Assembly (NCBI GenBank): GCA_905178155.1
Contig: CAJINV010000047.1
Location: 4,536 to 37,077, forward strand
From: Amoebophrya sp. A120
Taxonomy: Eukaryota > Protista > Dinoflagellata
Length of the DNA: 32,542 bases
Direction: 5' to 3'
The notes beneath the pieces are model-generated. The model saw nothing but the letters and a program-made list of their open reading frames with translations. It was not told the DNA's origin and did no database searches. Each line of letters starts with the position of its first letter. Position 1 is the first letter of the stretch. Positions 1 to 11,246 of this stretch are shown here, piece after piece. Position numbers and translations under genes: made by a program.

Positions 1-2
1 TT

Positions 3-638
3 GATTCTGGTTTGCCAAAATTTGCATCACAGATTTGCCACTTAGTTTTGACCCGAAAATTGGCACCGCTGCCGCACGGAAATAGCTGCAGTGTAAAATT
101 TTAGAAGGTGGGGCTTTGTGATGCAAATTCTGGTCGATTCTGCTTTGCCAGCATTTGCATCACAGATGTGCCACTTCTTCTTGGCCCGAAAATTGGCACT
201 GCTGCCGCACGGAAATAGCTGCAATGTAAAATTTTAGAAGGTGGGGCTTTGTGATGCAAATTCTGGTCGATTCTGGTTAGCCAGCATTTGCATCGCAGAT
301 TTGCCAATTCTTCTTGGCCCGAAAATTGGCACCGCTGCCGCAAAGAAATAGCTGCAGTGTAAAATATTCGAAGGTAAGGCTTTGTGATGCAAATTCTGGT
401 CGATTCTGGTTCGCCAGCATTTGCGTCACAGATTTGCCACTTCTTCTTGGCCCGGAAATTGGCACCGCTGCCGCACGGAAATAGATGCAGTGTAAAATTT
501 TAGAAGGTGGGCCTTTGTGATGCAAATTCTGATCGATTCTGGTTCGCCAGCATTTGCATCACAGATGTGCCACTTCTTCTTGGCCCGAAAATTGGCACCG
601 CTGCCGCAGAGAAATAGCTGCAGTGTAAAATTTTAGAA
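3..638. repeat. 133-bp tandem satellite (~4.8 copies, may continue beyond the window start)
   Basis: GATTCTG anchors at 3, 136, 269, 402 and 535. Each unit carries the inverted pair TGTGATGCAAAT / ATTTGCATCACA. Confidence 0.95.
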
Positions 639-829
639 TGACTCCGACCAGCAGTCTATCCTGGCCTTGGATGTAAGCAAAGGTGAAAGCGTAGAAAGCA
701 GCCGCATTTGGAACGGAGATGAATGACTCCGACCAGCAGGCTATCCTGGCCTTGGATATCGTCAAAAAGCGACCAGCCACGTTTGGTGCGGAGAATGACT
801 CTAACCAGCAGTTTACGCTAGCCTTGGAT
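636..829. repeat. Three copies of a 37-bp core (GAATGACTCCGACCAGCAGnCTATCCTGGCCTTGGAT) in a degenerate 85/72-bp tandem
   Basis: Cores at 636-672, 721-757 and 793-829. The intervening parts share CAGCCnCnTTTGG..CGGA. Confidence 0.85.
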
Positions 830-842
830 GTGGACAACGATA

Positions 843-1050
843 GGTCGTGATCCGAAGAGACTTCGGAAGCGCGTTTCGCCGCTTCCGGGGCATCACGGGC
901 GCGGCGCTTTGCGAGCAGTTTCTAAGCGCCTACGCCCGATCGTGATCTGAAGAGACTTGGATGGCTGCGTCTGACACATCCATTACGGAATGGGCTCTTT
1001 TCGAGCAGCCTCTGAGCAGCTGCGCCAGGTCGTGATCAAAAGAGATTCGT
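843..1050. repeat. Degenerate ~90-95-bp tandem repeat
   Basis: TCGTGATCnnAAGAGA at about 845, 940 and 1030, plus a shared CTTTnCGAGCAG...CGCC segment. Confidence 0.7.
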
Positions 1051-2191
1051 CAGGGGGTACGCGAACCATCGGATGCGAATGGGCCCCCTACGCAGAGGAT
1101 GCGCGTACGCGCATAGCCGCGGGAAGAAGAATTGGGTTTTTGCTTTTCACCACTCATTTAAATATTTGTGCAAAACAGCAACGCACCTGCAGATGCGTTC
1201 TTGCATGCATTACAATGAAATTTCCTTCTGGGGGGGGGTGGGGGGTACGCGTACCCCATTTTAAGAAGCGTCAGCTCTCTTTTTATCTGGGCGCTCGCGT
1301 ACCCCGTGGTAGCGGCGAAGAAGAGATGGGTTTTTTAGCTTTTTTACTCCGTTTTGCGGCCCGGAATACAAATGCAGAGCCTCTTTTGCTTTCAATACGA
1401 GGAAAATTTAAAAATTTCGCGGTTCCGGCCGCGCGATAGAGATAGGATTTTGAAATCGGTCGCCAGGATGTAGTTTTGAATCAGAATGTACGCGTACCCC
1501 GTGATGGGAATGACGAGCTTGTTTTCTATCAGGGGCTACTCGTGCCCCCTCGTACGCATGCTTACGTTAGTTTTTGTGACGGAGCACGCGCGATCGAAAT
1601 GGAAAAATCGTGTCTGTTGCTTCAGCTCTGCCTTGGGGTTTCGTTGTGTTTTTTTCGAGGTCCTGTTTATCGGTTTGGAATATGCAGCATCAGTCGCGCT
1701 ACTGTGCAAATGTGAGGTTATTCGCCTACGAGCAGCGAGGCGATGGCGCGGATATTGGCGCGAAATATTTAGCAATTGTGGGGACAGGACGACAGACATT
1801 CGCGGCACAACAGCATGCGCGGGCCTCAGTTCGTGGTGCCGGCAATTTTGAGTTGACTTGATATTGCAAACGTACCATAAACCTTGCAAATGCGCCATTT
1901 GCGAAAGGCACTGCGATTTTGGTATGTCAAAAAATCAAAAAAGACAAAAAGTGACGTTCATGAGTCTTGACAGTAGACGTTCTTCTGTTCGCGCCATAAG
2001 TTTTTGTTTTTATATGCTCTCTTTGTGCTCGGGCAGCGTTTTTATTTTTCTCGTCACTTCCGACAAGGTTTCCAGCGTGTAACAAAAATTTTTCACGGCA
2101 CAGGCGCCACGTCTTTGCATTCTCACTGCGGACATGTTCGCGCAATCGCTCCATATGCACAACAAGTTAAGCTGCTGCAGGTTGTTCCGTT

Positions 2192-2335
2192 AGGAGTAGT
2201 ACAGGAAAAAATTTTCTCGGCTCTTCGATTCTTAAAAAAAATATTTGATTAACAAAGACGCTAAACTTCTCCACACAAAAAACGATCGAGAAGATTTCTG
2301 CAGTACACATGTAATGCATAAATGCAGTCAAATAT
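2192..2335. repeat. ~144-bp direct repeat, copy 1
   Basis: Highly similar to 3074-3218 (TAGTACAGGAAAAAA...TGCAGT), offset 882 bp. Confidence 0.9.
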
Positions 2336-2724
2336 CATGGTTTTCATTATTTGATTTCATTGCTAGACCAAAAGAACCGCAAATGCAGCATTTGCTCATT
2401 GTACGATTATTTTCATGCTGCGTCAGAACTATGATGATTGTAAAACAAAACTTCTTATTATGGAAGACGCTCTCATATGATCTTGATGCGTGCGACATAG
2501 TCGTGAACCGCTATGTTGCGCGCTGCAGTACGTCCCATGCCGCACTGTATCAAACTGATCTTGATCATTGCGATCGCTCTTATCAGGCAGCGGCGCCACG
2601 CCAAAGAGATTCGGCTGTATCAAAACCGCAGAAGGCGCAACAAACCGAATCCCCACGAGATACTACGCGCAACCCTTCACACCTATAGAAGCAATTGCGA
2701 AGTTTTCCAACTAAACAGGCTCCG

Positions 2725-3075
2725 CGTCGTAGCATCAGGACGGCGACGCGCCGATCCGGGTAGCCTGTAATCCGCATGTTCCTACGCGCAGCCTGGCGCA
2801 GAACGTTGCAAGCCGGAAGAGCAGAGCAGCCGAGCAGCCTGCAACCGAATCGCCCCCGTCGTAGCAGGAGGGCACCGACGCGCGGCTCCGGGCAGCCTGC
2901 AATCAGCCTGATCCTACAAGCAGCCTGGCACAGAACGTTGCATGCCGGACGAGCAGAGCAGCCGAGCGACCTCCGACCGAATGGCCTCCGTCGTCCCATG
3001 GAGACTGCGAGGCGCGAATCCGGTCAGCGTGCAATCCGCACGGAACTACGCACAGCCTGGCGCAGAGCTCGTCAG
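2725..3075. repeat. 132-bp tandem repeat, ~2.7 diverged copies
   Basis: CGTCGT anchors at 2725, 2857 and 2989. Visible as a 44-aa repeat in ORF 2776..3081. Confidence 0.85.
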
Positions 3076-3218
3076 GACTAGTACAGGAAAAAACTTTCTC
3101 GGCTCTTCGATTCTTGAAAAAAATATTTGATTAAAAAAGACGCTAAGCTTCTCCACACAAAAAATGATCGAGAAGATTTCTGCAGTACACATGTAGTTCA
3201 TACATGCAGTAAAAATAT
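3074..3218. repeat. ~144-bp direct repeat, copy 2
   Basis: Highly similar to 2192-2335. Confidence 0.9.
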
Positions 3219-3676
3219 GTTGCACTCGCGCCGCCGTGTTGGCACAACGGCGCGGCAACTTCTTCATAATTGAGGGACCATAGAAACATAGACGAGCTGA
3301 CTCAAAGGCTTGTAGATTTTGCAGCGTCCGTAGATATGTAGTGCATAGAAGTCCTCGAGGATGGAGCCCGGGAGACTTTCATGCGCTCCGTCCCTGGTCC
3401 ACTTGCGGTCGGTTGCTTGAAAGGATGAAGCAAACAACCGGCCCAAAGAAAACGCAAAGTGACTACATTACATGGGCCCTACCTTCGCCGGGGCTACTGA
3501 CCCAACGCGGCATCAAAAGGCCGCAGTGGCCTAACGGACGGACGGTGGGGCAAGTAGGCTGCGCCGAGTGCCGGGAGCCGGGTCATTTGCGAACGCAGCC
3601 TGCCAGAGGCATCGCCGTGGCCACGGAGGTAGAAGCAAGCGCACAAGGAAGCGCAAAACTCAAGAAACGTGGCAGC

Positions 3677-3854
3677 AGGCGTAGAAGTAGGCGTAGGAGC
3701 AGGGGCAGAAGTAGGCGCATTCGAAGGCGTAGAAGTAGGCGTAGAAATAGGCGTAGAAGTAGGGGTAGAAGTAGGCGTAGAAGTAGGCGCAGAAGTAGGC
3801 GCAGAAGTAGGCGTAGAGGCAGGCGTAGCGGTAGGCGTAGGAGTAGGCGTAGAA
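3677..3854. repeat. 12-bp minisatellite (AGGCGTAGAAGT)n, ~15 units
   Basis: Seen directly. Reads RRRS on the plus strand and STPT/SAPT on the minus strand. Confidence 0.95.
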
Positions 3855-4640
3855 TTAGTTAATAGCGCCTTAATACACTAATACTTGTACTACAAACTAG
3901 CTTGGCGTGATCCGCACAGAGTCCGAAACATGGCGTCTTCTCTCCGTATGTAATAGAATAAGTTAAGTGGAAAATAGAATATCAATATAAATATGTTGCA
4001 CTTACTCGTAATATTAAATACGCTGTCTATTTCTGTCAAGGACTACAAAATTGCAAATCAATGCTTTCGGTAAGAAGAAGAACGTGCCAGATGGACATAG
4101 GCACATAGCCATACTAGATCTAGATTTTGATAAAATTATAAAATTCGAATTGGTAATGCGATGCTATGCCTATGACGACAATAAACTAGTGCAAGAATGA
4201 GATGCAAACTGAGTGCGACTAGATACAAAATTGAAAGATCATTCATACTAGATAAACATAAAGCTAGAACATGTAGTGCGTAAATAGGTCGGGATTGTGT
4301 TGTAAAGTGAAGTGAACTGATGAAAATTTTATGCGAAATTGTGATAAATGTTTGTCAAAACAGAAATTAGTGCTGTAAACCTCCTTGGTGAGTTCTTGTG
4401 GGTTTCGGTGGATACTCCGCAGCGCTTTCGCTTGCCTAGTGGCTCCGTCGGCTTTTTCTTTTCCGAGATTTTCGCGACCAAGAGTTGCACGCTTGAGGGG
4501 GCCGGGTTTTTTTAAATAATACCCGCGCCCCCGGCGTAGCTCGGGCCGCAGTAGAGACGAAGATAAATTTCGTCTGGCTTCCTTCAAATTCAAATACCGA
4601 GTTGCACAGAACTTCTTCTCCATCAGAGGTGCGCGGCCAT

Positions 4641-5649
4641 TTAGCCTGCCTCCTCAATGGAAAGAGTAATACATCCGTGCAAATCGGACTCCACACCACA
4701 CACCGAGCCGGCGGCGTTGTATGGAAACGCGTTCAGAAGTCGGTTGGACGAGCAGCGGTCGGCGTTCTGCTTCAGATACCGGACAAAATCCGCCGCACTG
4801 GGCCACAGCACGGACGTAGCATCCACCCAGGCCTGCATCCCGGTGCTGATTTCCAGCTTGTTACCCCGGTTCTCGAAGAATCCGAAGCTGAACAAATCGG
4901 TCGCCTCTTCGCACTGGGGCCACCGCCAGGTCCCGGCTCGCTCCGTGGACTGCGGAAGTCCGGGGAGCTGCAGCGTGGTTTCACGCAGGTGGATGGACGC
5001 CGCCTTGCGCCGGTTGAACGTGTTTGCCTGATACTTGTGTGCCTGCAGCTCCGCTGCCATCTTGGCATGCACGCAGTCCAGTGCTTCATACGACAGCGTG
5101 ACCTCCTCTTCCTTTTGCCCCCCGTCGGTTCTGAAGGTGTACCACGACACCTCGGCATCTTCGTTGCGCCACCCGTCTGGGTTCTGCATGGCACAGACCA
5201 CCCTTTCCGCGTACCGTGTGTCCGGTTTGAAGGAGCTCTCTCCCAGCGAGCCGCTTCTTGGAGTAAGGACCGCCGTCACGACGTTGCGAATCTCGAAGGG
5301 CAGAAGAAACACGGGGCCAAGAAGCGTCAACACCTCCTCCAGCCAGTAATGGACCAATGCTGCTTCCTCCTCCGGGCTCCCGCTTTGTAGCGTGCCCCCG
5401 CCATGATTGCCGTCGTCCTGTACTAGCGTCATCTCGCTATTTAGCGTGAGCCCCGTTTGTAGCGTGAAGCCGCCATTTAGGTCGTCCGGTATCCTGGTGT
5501 TCGCGCCGACGCTGCCCTTGCCCCGCCACGGTACCTCGCCCCCGCAGCCCATGCTCAGGTGCTGCTCGGACCACCGGGTCACGGTGCGAACAGCGGCCCC
5601 AAGAAAGGACGCAGAGGTCGCGTTCCTGCAAGCACACAGCGGTGGCGGA
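4641..5649 (-). CDS. G1 last exon
   Basis: ORF 4641..5717 downstream of the AG at 5650-5651. Ends in TAA. Confidence 0.7.
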
Positions 5650-8600
5650 CTATGCATTGCAAACATGTCTGTGGGTCTGGAATGATCCGCATTTCTCAGC
5701 ACGTTCTTGCAATGCATGGAAACAAAAATCTGTCTTGCAATGCATGGAAACCAAAAGCTGCACGTTCCTGCTCCTGGCCAACTGTCATCCGCCTTACGTA
5801 TCTATTAAGACACCTCCGTCTCAAGTCCTGTGATGCTAGGCCGTGCATGCCAGATCTTCTTGGTCATGCAAAGGCTGCATCAGCGAAAACCTCTACTGCA
5901 TTCTTCCAGACCATCCGGACATATTTGCATTTGATACGGTCTGTACATGCGCATGTGATCCACCTTTCCGGTGGCCCAGCTTCGCACAGATAGAAACCGC
6001 AAGAAGGAGCCAAAGCGCCCGTTCTTCGAAGTGAACCGCGCCGTAAAATATGGCCGAAGGTACTGCTGATCCAGTTGCACCAGTTGTTCGCAGCTAATGC
6101 TCACCTTTTGGGCGAGCCAGCTGCTTGGTGACGCATCCACCGAAGAGGGAGACAAGCCAACATCCCGTGGCCGAGCAGCCGGCGCGAACGCCCACCTGTT
6201 AACCACAAAGCCGCCCCCGGTCGAGGCCTTGACGCTCAGAACGCCGTGCGACCGCCACGGTCCGCGAAAAAATAGGCTTCCCATGATGGCGGTGCCAGTT
6301 TGTTCGGCGGCCCGTAGCTCCGAATCTACACAACTCGACGGGTCAGCTTCGAGACCAAGGGTCTTCGCCAACTTTCGGCTGAAAAGTTTGTTGAATCCGA
6401 TGACGCCCATCGATCCGAGCCAGGTCATTTTGTCCTTATGCATTGCAAATATGTCTGGGTCTGGAAACTTCTGATGATTAAAATAATGACTGCCCGGCGA
6501 GCCACTTTTCCGGGGATCCATTGGCAGCAAGCCACCGCAGACCCCAGAACAGCATGGTGATGCACGTTTTTTCTTTTCGTTGATGCAAGTTGGAGCATCA
6601 AGAGGGCGAGAGAAGCCTCATCTCAATTTTTGACCGCCATGCATGTCAAGTGCTTCGGTTACTAGCTGTTACCTATCCTGTTTCTGCATGCCAGAGATGA
6701 CTGCCTTTTTGCACGACAGAAGAACGCGGCTTGGGCTTTTCGGTAGCACGCATAACAGACTGGGGAGTCATGGTGGCCACGTATGACAAAACTTGCATTA
6801 TTCCAGACACAGACCTCTTCATATTTGCATTTGATAGTCCTTGTCGTTGTGCAAAAGATCAACCGGGACCAGCAGCCGCCCACCGCTTTCAGGGTCGTGG
6901 TTGTCCGCTCCGAGGTCACTGTTTTTAGACCAGCGCTGCGCTTTTGCGTTGCTCTCGTCGCCACCAACTGCAGAAAGGCACGCGCGGCCGTTTACGAGAG
7001 CCGGCATCTGCTTCACGAAGCCGTTTCGGGGCTGCAGGACCCCTTCGACTCCCAGGGCCTTCTCGTCAAGGGAATGCTGCAAATCAGACCGCGCCTTGTC
7101 CGTTTCCGACCCGAATGCCCGACTTCCTGCCTGCGACAGCCGGATCTCGTTCGGGAACGCGGAAATCATTGTATACAGGAGGCGGTTTAATTCGCGCTCG
7201 ACCGCGTACACGTTGCGCGCCATCCGGTCTTGGCCTACGACTGCGCTATCCAGCACCTGTCCAGCCCAGGACTCCGGTGCGATGTTATAGACGTAGCCGT
7301 GGGGTAAGTATTTCGCTGTCCGTGCAGCAGGAGGCTTTGGGTTGTTTTCTTCGTCGACCGTGACAGCAGCGCTGCTGTCGGGGATCTCCTGATAGTATGG
7401 GAAGTAGGCCAGATCGGGCCAGCGGTCTTTGTGACTGGGGGCCATTTTGACAAACCGCATGGTCCACACATTATTTGCGCTGCCGAGGAGGTCCGCGTGC
7501 GGTGAAGCAAACACGGTCTTCCTTCCGGCTTTTCGCTGCGAAGGCGCAATCGCCGAGTCTCCGTTCAGGTCGACCTGTGCGGCGTTTGCGGCGTCCGCCT
7601 CTGCGGCGCTCAGGACTTCCGCGGCAGCCGCAGGTTGTACATTGCAAACATGTCTAGGTCTGGAAAGATGCAAACTTGTGATCCTGAAATGCGACGCTTA
7701 AAATGACATGCAAACTTGTGATGCAAAGTTGTGATGCTCTCTGCCAGTTGATCGATGTAACGACGTCCCCCGACGTACCTCGTCGGCCGATCGCTCTGCT
7801 AGCCGGGAGCGGGGCTTTTTCATCCTTCTGCCAGTTACGCAATGCTCTCTGCCATCTACAGAACAATCTGTACTTATATGCATGAGTCGCACAGGCTGGC
7901 TATTTTTGGCCGCGCCGCGTTTCTCATAGGTACAGAGTTGGCATGGCAGAGCTCTTGCATGACTCGCGACGGTGGTTCCTGCATGCCAGACCTTGTGGGG
8001 CAGTGCCATGCAAAGCCTGCATCACAAACATCTGCGAGCGTCCAGACGCAGACATATTTTCATTTGATACGGGGAGAAAGGTCCCGAAACTGCGACACTT
8101 TGCGCCACTCCCAGCTTCAGTGCATCGCGAAACAATCAGGTTCCCCACGAGGTCCGCGGTCGTGGCGGCCTTGTCGCGGCTGCTCCTACCGCCCTTCAGT
8201 AAATCCGCGTCCTCGACGTCACGAGAGACGCCGAGGGGCTTCCACAAACCGTAGGACTGCGTCGCAGAAAACGTTCCAACCGGACCGCGCAGCCATTTAG
8301 CCCCGGACCACATCGGTTGGCCGCGCTGGTCCACATCTCGCGAGTTGCCGGCACTTCCCCGTCCCATCCCGCCATTGGTCAGGCCCAAGTGGGATTTCAA
8401 GAGCGGTCGGGCGATAGGCAGCGCCGCAATTACGTAGGCGCGGTCGCGCTTCTTGTAAACTTCCATCCGCTGTTCCACGAGGAAGTGCGAGGCTGGCGGA
8501 ACGGGAACAAATGTGAAAAACATATCGTTCACCAGCAGAGCAAAAGCAACTGCTGCCGTCGTCACCGCAGCAGCACCAAATCCAAAAACACCATATAGCA

Positions 8601-9328
8601 TGGCTCCGCCCGCTAAAAATCCCATCGCCCCCAGTCCACCGCGGTTTACCGAAAACGCTGCGATTCCAAAAAGCTTTGTGTACACCGCGTCGGACCAAAA
8701 TGTCCAACCGGCAGTGAAAAAAGCCGTCGTGTTATACTGTGTAAAAACGTCAGCACACCATAGCCAAGTTGGCAAATCTGCAACACAAATCTCCAAGTTT
8801 TGGAAGTAGTTATGCATGACATACACATAAACAGACTGTGCTACTCCTACTGCCGGAGTTATGCATGACAAGTTTGGCCCCGTAGTGTAGTCCTGTTTAG
8901 GTAGTTCAGCAGCATCACATACCTAGCGCATCATGCTGATAGATAATTGGAGCATGACAAATTCCGAGACACGACTAGAAAACGCTTCTCATGGGGCTCC
9001 GCATGAGAAACATTTTCAGCATCAGCATGCAGGTGGTCTGCGTCATAATTCTGGGGTGGGGACGTTTTTCCTCAGGATACTTGTCCATTCCGTGGTAGAC
9101 CATGGCTCCGCCGCCCACAATCACCACATTCGTTATCATGGAACCAAAGTTGCTGTACATGTGGTGGAACTTCGCGATGTTGCCCAAAATCTTGCCGAGA
9201 TGCTCGTTCCCGTGCAGGGCATAGTCCAGTATATGTTGTGCAAGCTCGCTCCTGGCCCCCGAGCCAGTTAGTGTCTTAAGGGCCTCAACCAAGGGCGTCT
9301 CCTTGATGATGCCATTGGCGGGATTCAT
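4641..9328 (-). CDS. G1: multi-exon hypothetical protein (~1100 aa) with Gly/Ala-rich hydrophobic segments. Exons ~9328-9050 (uncertain), ~8807-8071, 7634-6838, 6435-5938, 5649-4641
   Basis: ORFs 7924..8871, 6819..7673, 5880..6530 and 4641..5717 join in frame once the three family-A elements are removed (phases checked by hand). The link to ORF 8975..9328 is unresolved. Confidence 0.7.
5650..5937 (-). mobile_element. Introner-like element, family A copy 1 (288-bp GT-AG intron)
   Basis: Inverted repeats 5658-5682 / 5904-5929. Flanked by CGGACT / CGGTCT. Removal joins MYRP|PPPLC in frame. Confidence 0.85.
5938..6435 (-). CDS. G1 internal exon
   Basis: Part of ORF 5880..6530 lying between two family-A elements. 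Confidence 0.7.
6436..6837 (-). mobile_element. Introner-like element, family A copy 2 (CT-AA at the homologous positions, or GA-AG as 6435-6839)
   Basis: Inverted repeats 6444-6466 / 6801-6829. Perfect 6-bp direct repeat GTCCTT at 6432-6437 and 6837-6842. Both junction options restore the frame. Confidence 0.85.
6838..7634 (-). CDS. G1 internal exon
   Basis: Part of ORF 6819..7673 lying between two family-A elements. Confidence 0.7.
7635..8070 (-). mobile_element. Introner-like element, family A copy 3 (436-bp GT-AA intron)
   Basis: Inverted repeats 7643-7664 / 8041-8062. Shares internal TGCATGCCAGA...CATGCAAAGnCTGCATCA with copy 1. Length mod 3 = 1 matches the frame offset between the flanking ORFs. 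Confidence 0.8.
8071..8807 (-). CDS. G1 exon with a hydrophobic, Gly-rich putative membrane segment (5' boundary approximate)
   Basis: ORF 7924..8871, containing GGLGAMGFLAGGAMLYGVFGFGAAAVTTAAVAFALLV. Confidence 0.6.
9050..9328 (-). CDS. Probable first exon of G1 (3' boundary approximate)
   Basis: ORF 8975..9328 is protein-like up to about HPR. It starts at an ATG preceded by an in-frame stop. Confidence 0.45.
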
Positions 9329-9684
9329 ATATTACATGGAACAGCTCCCCCCATCGACTCCTCAACCGGAGTTTTCGACTTCGTGCGAGAACAAGATACC
9401 ATACCGACAACTGCATCAATCATTCTTGCATTAAATAACTTTCCTCACTGTTACTGTGCAGCTAAATTCAGGTTGACAAGTTGACGTTGGGAAGCTCGAA
9501 CTACAGCAGTCAGAATAAGAATATATTTATACAAATATGATCCTCGGTGGGCGTGGATCATCTTCTTGCTCCTTCGTAAAAAAAGTGCAGAGCAAGCTAA
9601 ACTCTCACACTTGATGTAGTCCCTGCCGTCACAAGTCCATCCTTTTCAAATTCGGAGGAGCGAAATGGGAGGAGCTGTGAACTC

Positions 9685-11246
9685 TCATAGGGTGATGAAC
9701 TCGAAGAGCTGAAATCCAAGGACAGTGATATCAAGCATCTTTTGAAAGGCTTCGTGTAGCAGGAAGTACATCTCGATGCCCTCGGCGTCCCATGAATCAG
9801 GAAGAAATTTGTTCCGGCCGTGCATGTGGCCCTCGGCGATCCGGTAGGAGGTCGGCAGGTGCCGTTCCCCGCCGAGTACGTTCGTCCCGACGGAGGCATG
9901 GTGGTCATGACCACCTTGACCGGCGTGGTCGACCCCGTGCTGCTCTCCTGCGCCGCCCTGATCATGCTGGACCGCAGTGCGCTTTCGCTTGGCAGCCGCC
10001 TGCTCCTGCAGGGCCGCCACCATTTTCAGAGTAACGTCGCGCTTCCTTTCCGAGGCGACCCGATACTGCAGACCGAAACCGAAGTTCTGCGCGGGGGCGC
10101 CACTCAGCCCCAGCATCAGTTCGTACTTCCCAAATGCGTGCGAGAACTCGATCGCCGTTTGCGCGAACTCCGTGATAATTTCGTGCTCGGGCCGCCGCAC
10201 CTCCGTGATCATCGCTCTCCAGTGCTTCCACCGCTGCGTGCTGTCAAACGCAGGATTCCAGTGTACCTCTTGCGCAGCCGCCGCGTGGTCCGCCCCCGCG
10301 CCGAGGCGCGCCGGCGCGAGGTCATCTTCAGCCTCCATCGCGAAGGCTCCCACGCGCGCCAGTCCGGTGCGACATTTTGTGCTTTGCTGCCGAGTTTTCT
10401 GTGACCACGAAAGGCTCCCACCCAACCCCACGCGCAGCTGTGCGCGGTAAAGGCCTACCCCTTGTACCCGCACTTCTTTTGTCTCGGTGGTGCCGGTCGC
10501 CGAGGTGATTTGCACTTTGGCGATGTCTCCTTGCAGATTGGCGCTCGTCCCCCCGTGCGCGCCAAGCAGCCTCAAGTACACCGCCGGGTAAACGTCCTTG
10601 CTGTAGTGCTCCCCAAGAATACTTGTGGTCCTGAGAAAGAATCTCGCACAGGGCGGGTTTGGTTGCGCCTTCCACCAGACGCAACGAGTCGAGCCGCCCG
10701 GTATGGTGGCGCAAAATTGTGAGTTGCGCTTGTCGACGCTCTCTTGCCGCGCAAACACGGCGCGCGCGCCTGCGTGAGTCCATTTGCTACCCAATTTCTC
10801 GTCGCACGCACCTACCGCGGGCACGTCGATGCCTGTTTTCTGCCGGACGAGCAACAGGCAGAGCCGGTCGCGCGCCTCGGGCGTGGCCCACTCGGCAACC
10901 CAGGGCATCAGCACGGTTTGCTCCTTGCGTACGCTCTTGTCCCCTCGCACAATTTTCTGTTGCACTCGAAAGGACACCCCGCCGGCTGGCTCGTGGTAAC
11001 TGAAAGACGTTGACGAGCCGCTCTGCGTCTGTACGCGAGATGGTTTGGGGTTCAAGGCCACGTAGGCGGTGTTCAGCGGGTCGATCGCCGTGCCAGATCC
11101 GATTCGGTAAACGTTTTTTGAATTCAAACTGTCGGAGATCTGTCCGAGGTCGCTTCGCGTGTAGGATTCGTACGGAATCAATTTTACTTCCTTCGTCTCA
11201 CTGTCCATCTGCTCCACCTTTGCGCGGCACATGTCCTCGGTGACAC
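9685..11246 (-). CDS. G2 last exon
   Basis: ORF 9685..11295 after a polypyrimidine acceptor TTTTTCCTGCAG. Confidence 0.75.

Noticed and set aside
636-829. CRISPR-like array (37-bp repeats with 48- and 35-bp spacers)
   Set aside because: The spacers are homologous to each other, the repeats are degenerate, no cas genes are visible, and the context is eukaryotic.
42-837. Short minus-strand ORFs at the window start
   Set aside because: They are translations of the 133-bp satellite, whose period is not a multiple of 3.
4264-4623. Basic 119-aa minus-strand ORF downstream of G1
   Set aside because: It has no recognisable domain or supported splice link and runs into AT-rich sequence.
8808-9050. 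IR-defined intron joining ORFs 8975..9328 and 7924..8871
   Set aside because: An intron is likely, but I found only a weak TTATG/CATAA pairing and no defensible boundaries.
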